Assembly (NCBI GenBank): GCA_046542505.1
Contig: JBKHBH010000027.1
Span: forward strand, 1-22,107
Length of the DNA: 22,107 bases
Direction of reading: 5' to 3'
Source of the DNA: Thermovirgaceae bacterium
Lineage (GTDB): Bacteria; Synergistota; Synergistia; Synergistales; Thermovirgaceae
Below the pieces are notes generated by a model that saw only the letters and a list, made by a program, of their open reading frames with translations, had not been told where the DNA came from and made no database searches. This document shows positions 9,300 to 16,683 of the stretch, one piece after another. The translations under genes and the position numbers were made by a program. Every line of letters starts with the position of its first letter. Positions within the stretch are counted from its first letter, which is position 1.

Positions 9300-10473
9300 C
9301 GCAGGCCCACTTCTCGAGGGTCTCGGCGATGCGTCGCGCTCCTTCGGCAAGCACTTCAGGCTCCCTTACGAGAGCGATCCGGACGAATCCCGTCCCTTTC
9401 GTCCCGAAGGACCGCCCAGGCGTCACCACAACTCCAGCCTCCTTGATGCAGAATTCGGCGAAGGCCATGTCATCGGTGCAGTCGGGCACCTTCGCCCAGA
9501 TGAACATGCTTCCCTGAGGGGGCGTAACGGTCCATCCCTTTTCCGCAGCCGTGTCGATAAAGGCGTCACGCCGCTTTTGGTACATGTCTCGCGTTTTGGC
9601 GATCATCCCGTCCCTGTCGGGATGGGTCAGAGCCCTTATCGCGGCTTTCTGGACGGGCCTGTACAGACCGTAATCGATATTGCTTTTGAGCCTCCGGAGA
9701 CCCTCGATAAAAACCTCGTTCCCCGCCACGAACCCGATCCGCATCCCCGCCATGTTGAAGGTCTTCGAGAAGGAATTCACTTCCACTGCCACGTCACGGG
9801 CGCCTTCGATCTCGAGGACGCTCGGGGGCCTGAACCCGTCGTAGGCAAGTTCGCAATAGGCATTGTCGTAGATGAGCCAGATATCATTCTCCCTGCAGAA
9901 ATTCACGGCCCTTTCCAGTACATACTTTTCGGCGCCGACACCTAACGGGTTGTTTGGATAATTCAATACCATGAGCCTCGCCTTTTTCGCCACGTCACCA
10001 GGAACGCCCGTGAAATCCGGGAGGAACCCCTTGTCCTCTTCCAGCGGCAGATGCCAAGATGTTCCGTCTACCACGGTCGGCATGTAATGGTAAATGGGAT
10101 AACCGGGATTAGGCAGAATGCAGAGGTCACCCTTTTCCATGGCCACCAGCGGGAAATGGGCGAATCCTTCCTGGGATCCCCACAGGGGGAGGATTTCCGT
10201 CTCGGGGCCAAGGGGCACTCCGAACCTTTCCCCGTACCATTTCGCTATGGCTACGGGAAGTTCCGGATCGATAAAGGGATATTCGTAGGAGCGGTCTTCT
10301 TGGGCCGCTTCAAGGACCGCCTCCAGAACGGGGCCTTCCGGCCGGCGGTTCGGGCTGCCGACACCGAGGTTGATGATCTTTTTGCCCGTCTTCCGGGCTT
10401 CTGCAATCCATCCCTGCAGGAGGCTGAAAATTCCTTCCTCCCCTTCACGCACACGGTTGGCAATGTATGGCAT
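9283..10473 (-). CDS. Class I/II PLP aminotransferase (LL-DAP aminotransferase/MtnE/AlaC-like)
   Basis: NLGVGSP, GSQEG, PGYPIY, LNYPNNP, DNAY, SFSKTFNMAGMRIG. AAGGAGG SD places the start at ATG10473 (MPYIA). Confidence 0.88.
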   Translation of the reverse strand: MPYIANRVREGEEGIFSLLQGWIAEARKTGKKIINLGVGSPNRRPEGPVLEAVLEAAQEDRSYEYPFIDPELPVAIAKWYGERFGVPLGPETEILPLWGSQEGFAHFPLVAMEKGDLCILPNPGYPIYHYMPTVVDGTSWHLPLEEDKGFLPDFTGVPGDVAKKARLMVLNYPNNPLGVGAEKYVLERAVNFCRENDIWLIYDNAYCELAYDGFRPPSVLEIEGARDVAVEVNSFSKTFNMAGMRIGFVAGNEVFIEGLRRLKSNIDYGLYRPVQKAAIRALTHPDRDGMIAKTRDMYQKRRDAFIDTAAEKGWTVTPPQGSMFIWAKVPDCTDDMAFAEFCIKEAGVVVTPGRSFGTKGTGFVRIALVREPEVLAEGARRIAETLEKWACVSASR

Positions 10474-10734
10474 CGCTTTTACTCCTCCTTTTGGAAATAC
10501 GCCGGCTGCATCGGTCAAGCACTCACTCAAAAACCTCTGTCGAAATTGTCACCACGATTTTTAGAGTAACACTCCTTTGGTCGCTGGAAAAGCAGGAGGA
10601 TCCTTTACATCCTTCCCATCGACCGTTTTCGGTTTTTTCGGAGCCTCCCCCGGGAAGTGAAGGTTTTCCTTTCACCGGTTGAAACCGCTCCCGGACTGGT
10701 TCCGTGACTCTCAGACCGCTATTATTCCAAAGCC

Positions 10735-10899
10735 TCAGGCAATGAAAGAAACCATGATTTTCGTGTCGCGGCAGAAATTGCTGGCGGTCTTGCGAAAGAG
10801 GCGCCCCAGGGTTTCGCGACTGACCGTCAGGTAAACCGCGGGCTGTTGGAGATCAGGTCCCGAACTGCATCTGCTCCCGTCGGGAAGCAGCGAGGGCAA
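10735..10899 (-). pseudogene. Possible Crp/Fnr-type HTH remnant
   Basis: Short frame reading LQQPAVYLTVSRETLGRLFRK resembles the Crp/Fnr HTH pattern (ELAxYLGVSRETLSR). Confidence 0.3.
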
Positions 10900-11052
10900 G
10901 TCTCAAAGAATCGAAAGGAGCAGCCAGGCAAAATGAAGGGAGGGTTCCCGGAGACACCTTGCCATCCTGGGCCCTCCCTTGAAGTAAAGACACACTTTCC
11001 CCACAGGACGATGTGTCGTCGATAGCCATGCGCTTTGCACTATGCGCGTGGT

Positions 11053-12045
11053 TCAGTCTGCCACATCTCTTTCGCTCAATATCTTTCTCAGCACGGGATA
11101 ATCGATGTTGCCTCCGGAAATGACAACACCCGTTTTCCTCCCCAGGGATTTCATCTTTCCCGAAAGGAGGGCACCAACACCGACAGCTCCGGCACCTTCG
11201 ACAACCTGGTGATGCTCGCGGTGCAGGAAGGCTATCGCGCTTTCTATATCCTCTTCGGTGATCTCGCACATGCCGCTCACCCTTTGCTTCGCGAGGGAAA
11301 GCACAGGCTGCGTAATCCCGCCGGAAAGACCGTCGGCAATCGTTTCCCCGTATTCCACTTTCTTTACTACGCCTTCCTTCCAGGAGGCGACCCACGGATT
11401 CGACGTTTCTGACTGTACCCCGTAGATCTGTGAATCGGGATTCAGGGCTTTCGCGGCAATGGCCACGCCGTTCAAAAGCCCTCCGCCACCGGCAGGTACA
11501 AGGACCAGGTCCAGATCGGGTTCATCAAGGAACATCTCTAAAGCCAGGGTCCCCTGCCCCGCGATGACGGCGGGATCCTCAAAGGATGAGACATAGGTTT
11601 TCCCCTTTTTTTCTGCGTACCGATGCGCAGCCTCTTCGGTATCGTCATAGTTTCCGTCCACGATGTGCAACTGGACAAAGCTGCCCCCACGCCGGTTGAT
11701 CGCTTCTTTTTTTGTTTCGGGACAATCCCTGGGGACAAAGATCTCGGCCACCACCCCAAGCTCACTCGCGGCGACCGCGACGCCCTGGGCATGATTGCCG
11801 CTGGAACAGGTGACAACCCCCCTGTTTCGCTCGTGTTCACTCAGGCAGTTCACTTTATAGAGAGCGCCGCGAACCTTGAAAGCGCCGCACATCTGCTGGT
11901 TTTCAAGCTTCAGGTAGACGGGGCCGCCGGCGATTTCACTCAGTTTGTCGGAATACAGTAAGGGCGTATGCCATACCTTGTTTCGAAGAAACCGGTACGC
12001 CCTGACCACGTCTTTTACCGTCGGGTTAAGAGCTTTCTCTCCCAT
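11053..12045 (-). CDS. Fold-type II PLP threonine/serine dehydratase or racemase family enzyme, without ACT domain
   Basis: TPL, LKLENQQMCGAFKVRGA, SSGNHAQG, GQGT, GGGGL, TIADGL, SGGN. GGGGGTG SD places the start at ATG12045. Confidence 0.88.
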   Translation of the reverse strand: MGEKALNPTVKDVVRAYRFLRNKVWHTPLLYSDKLSEIAGGPVYLKLENQQMCGAFKVRGALYKVNCLSEHERNRGVVTCSSGNHAQGVAVAASELGVVAEIFVPRDCPETKKEAINRRGGSFVQLHIVDGNYDDTEEAAHRYAEKKGKTYVSSFEDPAVIAGQGTLALEMFLDEPDLDLVLVPAGGGGLLNGVAIAAKALNPDSQIYGVQSETSNPWVASWKEGVVKKVEYGETIADGLSGGITQPVLSLAKQRVSGMCEITEEDIESAIAFLHREHHQVVEGAGAVGVGALLSGKMKSLGRKTGVVISGGNIDYPVLRKILSERDVAD

Positions 12046-12124
12046 TTCACACCCCCGTGTATGGTATGTGACCGGGTGCCGACCCCGGTGTTCGCTGCTG
12101 GTTTTTTCGCAGGACACCCCGTTT

Positions 12125-12338
12125 CTAGAACAGGTTCAGGATGTGCCCCTCGTCGTCCACGCCGATGGCCTCCGCAGCGGGCTTGGCAGCCCGGGCATGG
12201 TCATGATGGACCCTCAGATAGGCACGTTGAAACCGGCCCCCGTCGACGGAGGGATTCCCCGGATACCTCCACTTTCTTCGCAATCCCACCGATGGGCTCC
12301 ATCTTCGCTCTCTGCGCTATCTCGATGTCCGACAGCAT
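12125..12338 (-). pseudogene. fhs: Formate--tetrahydrofolate ligase relic with a large internal deletion
   Basis: N-terminus MLSDIEIAQRAKMEPI is joined out of frame to the C-terminus STGAGFNVPI*GSIMTMPGLP / KPAAEAIGVDDEGHILNLF*. Both ends match known Fhs termini. Confidence 0.9.
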
Positions 12339-12379
12339 AAATGAATCATCCCTTTCTGGCAATTTTTGGGAGAACTCTC

Positions 12380-12407
12380 TGGTTGCTAACGGCAACCATG
12401 TATTATA
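12380..12407 (-). promoter_or_regulatory. Candidate -10 box (TATAAT) with operator-like palindrome TGGTTGC-N5-GCAACCA upstream of the fhs relic
   Basis: TATAAT on the minus strand at 12402-12407 and a perfect 7-bp inverted repeat at 12380-12398. The -35 is poor. Confidence 0.45.
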
Positions 12408-12466
12408 TCCGGCGGTTCTCAGGCACAAAGGGCATGGTGCAAATATTGCCTGAAAATCCTGCACAC

Positions 12467-13465
12467 CTAGATTTTTACATCCAGAACATGCAGCCTGGAC
12501 TTTGAAAAAAGGATGGGAATCTCTTTCGGCTCCCGTTTTTCCCTGATGAAAACCCCGAGGTTGCCGCCGGATCGGCGTCTCTGGCCGAATGGGATGTATT
12601 GAACCTGCGACCCTTTGACGAGATCGAAACGTATCCAATCTCCCGACTCATCCTTGAAAAAACCTTTTGCCCTCACAACATCGGCGGGCAATTGTCCCAT
12701 AAGGCTGCGAAAATCCTCAGGGGTCCCTTCCCAGCAAATACATTGGGCAAGAAGCGCATCGGGAGGCGCAAGGTGAGCCTCCGGATCCTGCAATGCGGAA
12801 TCGATGTAGCTCTCTATGTCTTCCTCTGCAGGCACTTCACCTGGGTTTTCCCGGACGCCGGCGGAACTGCCCGATTTCAGCAAATCCCATGGGATCCTGC
12901 CGAAAGACGTTTCGTATATGCGCGCAGTGTCATTGAGGCCGGTGATTTCCAGCCGAAGTTTCTGCATCTTCCTTTTGTTCACAAGGTCTCGCTTGTTGAT
13001 GATGATCACAGTCGCTGTATGAGTCTGCCTGGAAACGGCGTTGAAGTGGTCCGCCCATTCGCTGAAATGCTCGGCATCGACTACACAAATGCTGTCGGCC
13101 AATGCGTAGAAGCGTCCGAGAGGACCTATGGAGAGATCCCGCTCAATATCACTGGTATCGGCTATGCCGCTCGCCTCAATCAGAAGGATCGACGGTTTCC
13201 ACTCGCGCGCAATGGAGTAAAGCCCTCTCATGAAATCACCCTTGGCGCACGCGCAAAAAATCGACCCCTGGTTGATTTCAAGTATCTCGAGACCTTCCCT
13301 GTAAGAGATTTCTCCATCCACGCCAATCCGGCCGAACTCGTTCATCAGGACGCCAAGGGTTTCGTCTTCCGGACGGGTTTCCAGAAGGTGGAGCAACATC
13401 GTTGTTTTGCCGCTGCCCAAAAATCCCGAAATCAAAAAAACCCTGCATTTGCCTGAACTGGCCAT
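12467..13465 (-). CDS. CobW/COG0523 family metallochaperone GTPase
   Basis: GFLGSGKTT, NEFG, GSIFCAC, IEASG, NKRD and a C-terminal VVRAKG. The start at ATG13465 avoids overlap with the upstream gene and has an SD. Confidence 0.88.
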   Translation of the reverse strand: MASSGKCRVFLISGFLGSGKTTMLLHLLETRPEDETLGVLMNEFGRIGVDGEISYREGLEILEINQGSIFCACAKGDFMRGLYSIAREWKPSILLIEASGIADTSDIERDLSIGPLGRFYALADSICVVDAEHFSEWADHFNAVSRQTHTATVIIINKRDLVNKRKMQKLRLEITGLNDTARIYETSFGRIPWDLLKSGSSAGVRENPGEVPAEEDIESYIDSALQDPEAHLAPPDALLAQCICWEGTPEDFRSLMGQLPADVVRAKGFFKDESGDWIRFDLVKGSQVQYIPFGQRRRSGGNLGVFIREKREPKEIPILFSKSRLHVLDVKI

Positions 13466-13521
13466 TCCCCCCTGTCCTCCTTTTCGCGAGACGGCTCCGG
13501 GAACAATCATTTCCTGCCCGT

Positions 13522-15123
13522 TCAAAAGAGCATGGCTTTCATGAAACGTTTTTGAAAATCCCTCAATGTCGACAGTTCGATGTAACGCATCTTCCGGGCC
13601 ACTGAATGCGTCGTCTCCCAAAACGGAGCCGAGGCAAGGGCCGCAACTGCACCACGGCCGGCGGCGTTGCGGACACCGCGGATTTTACTCAGGGGAACGG
13701 GAGGCAAAAGACCTACCCTGACGGCGCTTTCCTGATCGATATAGTTGCCGAAGGCCCCTGCGAGCAGCACCTCGTCGACGTCATCAAGAGCTAGGTCCGC
13801 ACGTTCGAGAAGCACTTCGATTCCCACCTTGACTGCACCCAGGGCAAGCTGGACCTCACGGACATCCTTCTGTGTGATGTAAACCGGCTTTTCGCCCTCT
13901 GCCAAAAGGATGCGGAGAATCCCATCGGGTCCCCGGTCCATGCGTTCGCGAATCCAGGGATCATCACATTCTTCGGGATAGACCATTCTCCCCTTCCGGT
14001 CGACGATGCCGTCCTCGAGAAGCACGGCCACCGCGTCAACCAGCCCGGAACCGCAAATCCCTCTGGCTGGTGCATCTTCAATGGTCTCGACGACCAGGCG
14101 GTCCTCGTCCCGGTAGACTTTCTCGATCGCGCCCGCGGCGGCTCTCATGCCGGATCCTATGCGGGCCCCTTCAAAGGCCGGTCCGGCAGCGGTGGCACAG
14201 CAGTATATCGCTTCACTGGAGCCCAATACGATTTCATTGTTTGTCCCCGTATCTACAAAAAGACGAACAGCCGCAGAGTCGGCGATCCCTGTCACGGAAA
14301 CACCGGAAACGATATCGGCGCCCACATACCCGGCCACGTTCGGCAGAAACTTGATTTGTCCTTCCGGGTGGATTTTCATTCCAAAAGGAGCTGCTGCCTG
14401 AGGAGGTAGAGAGAGGAAATTCGGCTTGTAGGGGCTGACACCAATACTTTCGGGGGAAACACCTGCGAGAAGATGTTCCATCACGGTGTTTCCCACGATA
14501 GCCACCTGGTATATATCCTGGACACCCAGTCCGTTTCGCGAGGCCATTTCCTCCAACCGCTGGTTCATCCCCTCAACCAGCACTTTCTGCAACCGCCGCA
14601 GGCCATCTTCCGAAGACGCAAAGGAAATTCTTGAAATGACGTCGTCCCCGTAGGTGATTTGAGGATTCAAGAACGAAATGCTATCGATGAGATGGTATCG
14701 TTCAAGGTCCAGAAGATAGGCGACAACAGTGGTTGTGCCAATGTCAAAGGCAGCTCCGTAACCCTTCGAGTCGGGTTCCCAAAAAAGCTCTTCCTCGGAA
14801 ATTTTGGAGAGAATCTTTGAACTTTTCCCGTCGACTTCGTCCAGAACGAGTATTTCCCCGTCTCCGGAAATCCTGGCCATGCAGGCAAGGCGTATTCCCT
14901 CGTTGAGCACTTCTTCTCCCAGAACCTTCTTTTCCGTCTCGGCAGGAGGTCCGACACATCTTCTGGCCTTGACGCGGCACTTTCCGCAAATTCCGGACCC
15001 GCCGCAAGGGCGGGCTATCTGGACTCCCCCTCTTGCAGCCGCTTCATGGACTGTCTCACCACCTTGCGCATCGACGGTGATGCCTGAAGGTTTGAAGGTG
15101 ATTTTGAAGGATTTTTCGCTCAT
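13522..15123 (-). CDS. ASKHA-family reductive activator of corrinoid proteins (RACo/RamA-like) with N-terminal [2Fe-2S] domain
   Basis: CGGSGICGKC...RLAC, DIGTTT, DTGTNNE, AAGPAFEG, GICGSGL, LAGAFG. Confidence 0.92.
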   Translation of the reverse strand: MSEKSFKITFKPSGITVDAQGGETVHEAAARGGVQIARPCGGSGICGKCRVKARRCVGPPAETEKKVLGEEVLNEGIRLACMARISGDGEILVLDEVDGKSSKILSKISEEELFWEPDSKGYGAAFDIGTTTVVAYLLDLERYHLIDSISFLNPQITYGDDVISRISFASSEDGLRRLQKVLVEGMNQRLEEMASRNGLGVQDIYQVAIVGNTVMEHLLAGVSPESIGVSPYKPNFLSLPPQAAAPFGMKIHPEGQIKFLPNVAGYVGADIVSGVSVTGIADSAAVRLFVDTGTNNEIVLGSSEAIYCCATAAGPAFEGARIGSGMRAAAGAIEKVYRDEDRLVVETIEDAPARGICGSGLVDAVAVLLEDGIVDRKGRMVYPEECDDPWIRERMDRGPDGILRILLAEGEKPVYITQKDVREVQLALGAVKVGIEVLLERADLALDDVDEVLLAGAFGNYIDQESAVRVGLLPPVPLSKIRGVRNAAGRGAVAALASAPFWETTHSVARKMRYIELSTLRDFQKRFMKAMLF

Positions 15124-15145
15124 CGACGTCCCTTCCTTAATGTTC

Positions 15146-15187
15146 CACCCCGCCGCAGGGTTTTTGTTGTTTTCCCCGGGCGGGGTG
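15146..15187. other. Intergenic stem-loop between the MT2 and activator genes
   Basis: 9-bp perfect arms CACCCCGCC / GGCGGGGTG with extra imperfect inner pairing. Confidence 0.55.
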
Positions 15188-15204
15188 AATGACTTTCTCG
15201 AGCT

Positions 15205-16584
15205 TTACTCGAGCCTTTTGTCTATTTCTTTCATCAGTTCTTCCGGAGTCGGGACGATATTGTCAAAGACCACTTCGTTGTTTATGAGCATCGTGGGGAG
15301 TGTAGACACACCCAGAGCCTTGGTCCGCATGATGCCTGCCGCGCTTTTGATGAGGGACTCGCGCCATGCGAGTTTGTCGCCATAATGAGGCGCAACCTCG
15401 GCGACGGCCTCACACATGTACTGACAGGGCGCACACCCCTCGGAATCGAGAGTGACGATCTCCACGAACACCTTGCCAGGTTCGATTTCCACATCTTCCA
15501 GCACATCGCCCGACTCTTGTGCATGAGCCAGGGCATCTTCAAGGGAAAGAAATCCCTGGGTTTCCGACGGCTCTTCTCCCATCGTTGCATAACGTCCCAC
15601 AGCTTCGAGATTGTACACGGGAGTGTCGAAGGGAAGGTCGCAGCCCGGAGAAAGAATGTAGCCTTTCCTGCCGCCCGTCTCAATGCGATGCCGGGCATCC
15701 TCCACGCATTCTTTGGGCGAACCGAAGAGCAAAGTAGTTGTCAAGGGGATGTTTCCTTCAAAGGCGACCTTGTACTTGTGGGCAAGGTCTTTGACGAAAT
15801 TCAGATCTACCTGTTCGTCAAAAGCGATAGCATGGGGCTTCGACTGCATCATCAATTCGATGTTCTTCGTAGCGTTGCCGCAGCAGAAAAGGGTCACAAT
15901 GCCACCCTTGTTGTTGACTTCATCTATCACAGGTTTGACGTAAGGAGTCACGAAGGTCTCGAAATGCCTGGGGGAAATCTGGCTTGTCATGGGGTCGACA
16001 ACTGCCACCACGTGAGCACCCGTTTCCATGTACCATTCGCCCATGCGCCGCGTAATCTCTGAACAGAATTCGAGCACTTCCTTGGCTTCTTCGGGCTTTT
16101 TCACCATGTCCATAATAAAGGCCGACCCCCTGAGATGGAGGGCCAGTGTGAAAGGACCGCAGCAAAGACCGAAAACAGCCGTTTCATCCCCGATCTCCTT
16201 TACGAGGCGCCTCGTTGCCTCAAACATCAGGGGAAGACGACCACCCTCTTTGGTAAATTCCGGAAGATCCGTGACTGATTTTGATTTGTCGGCCAGAACA
16301 TGACCGACAACAGACGGAGGATTGTTTTTTGCCCAGCGAAGTTCGCAGCCCAAAACCTCCGCTTCGACCTGAAGATCAAAAGTAGAGCAAACGCCATCGG
16401 CGCAATAGCGTTCTGCAGCCTTTTCCACACCCTCGACAAGTACTTCGGGATCCCTGAGCAGCGTTGCTGCATCGGTGTCCACCAGCCTTGCAACATGCAC
16501 TCCCGTAAAGGGCACCCAGGGCACCCTGTCTACATCCTGAAATTGAAGGGCGCGAAGCACTCTCTCTTTTCCCGTCATCATCAT
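15205..16584 (-). CDS. UroD/MtbA/MtaA-family methylcorrinoid methyltransferase (MT2) fused to a C-terminal thioredoxin-like CxxC domain
   Basis: MTGKERV..AL, DLQVEAEVLGC, GPFTLA, VDPMTSQISP, GNIP, ILSPGCDLP. The C-terminal part reads VEIVTLDSEGCAPCQYM...LGVSTLPTMLIN. Confidence 0.85.
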   Translation of the reverse strand: MMMTGKERVLRALQFQDVDRVPWVPFTGVHVARLVDTDAATLLRDPEVLVEGVEKAAERYCADGVCSTFDLQVEAEVLGCELRWAKNNPPSVVGHVLADKSKSVTDLPEFTKEGGRLPLMFEATRRLVKEIGDETAVFGLCCGPFTLALHLRGSAFIMDMVKKPEEAKEVLEFCSEITRRMGEWYMETGAHVVAVVDPMTSQISPRHFETFVTPYVKPVIDEVNNKGGIVTLFCCGNATKNIELMMQSKPHAIAFDEQVDLNFVKDLAHKYKVAFEGNIPLTTTLLFGSPKECVEDARHRIETGGRKGYILSPGCDLPFDTPVYNLEAVGRYATMGEEPSETQGFLSLEDALAHAQESGDVLEDVEIEPGKVFVEIVTLDSEGCAPCQYMCEAVAEVAPHYGDKLAWRESLIKSAAGIMRTKALGVSTLPTMLINNEVVFDNIVPTPEELMKEIDKRLE

Positions 16585-16608
16585 ATGTTCTCACCCAGTG
16601 TCGTATTC

Positions 16609-16655
16609 GAACGACATGAAAGGGCGCCCTGTTATGGCCCCCTTTCATGTCGTTC
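16609..16655. other. Long intergenic stem-loop downstream of the mtmB-like gene
   Basis: 20-bp arms with one mismatch (GAACGACATGAAAGGGCGCC / GGCCCCCTTTCATGTCGTTC), 7-nt loop, no U-tract on the coding (minus) strand. Confidence 0.75.
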
Positions 16656-16683
16656 TTTCAGCTAGACTTTCCACGGCGAATTT

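Noticed and set aside
10474..11052. T-box, glycine or SAM riboswitch upstream of the aminotransferase
   Set aside because: Only small hairpins are present. I found no T-box or riboswitch consensus and no terminator/antiterminator pair by eye.
12214..12216. Selenocysteine TGA in the fhs C-terminal fragment
   Set aside because: It lies in a deleted, frameshifted relic, so a nonsense mutation is the simpler explanation.
12201..12638. 145-aa ORF from the track treated as a real gene
   Set aside because: It is a chimera of an off-frame CobW 3' region, intergenic DNA and the fhs N-terminal relic.
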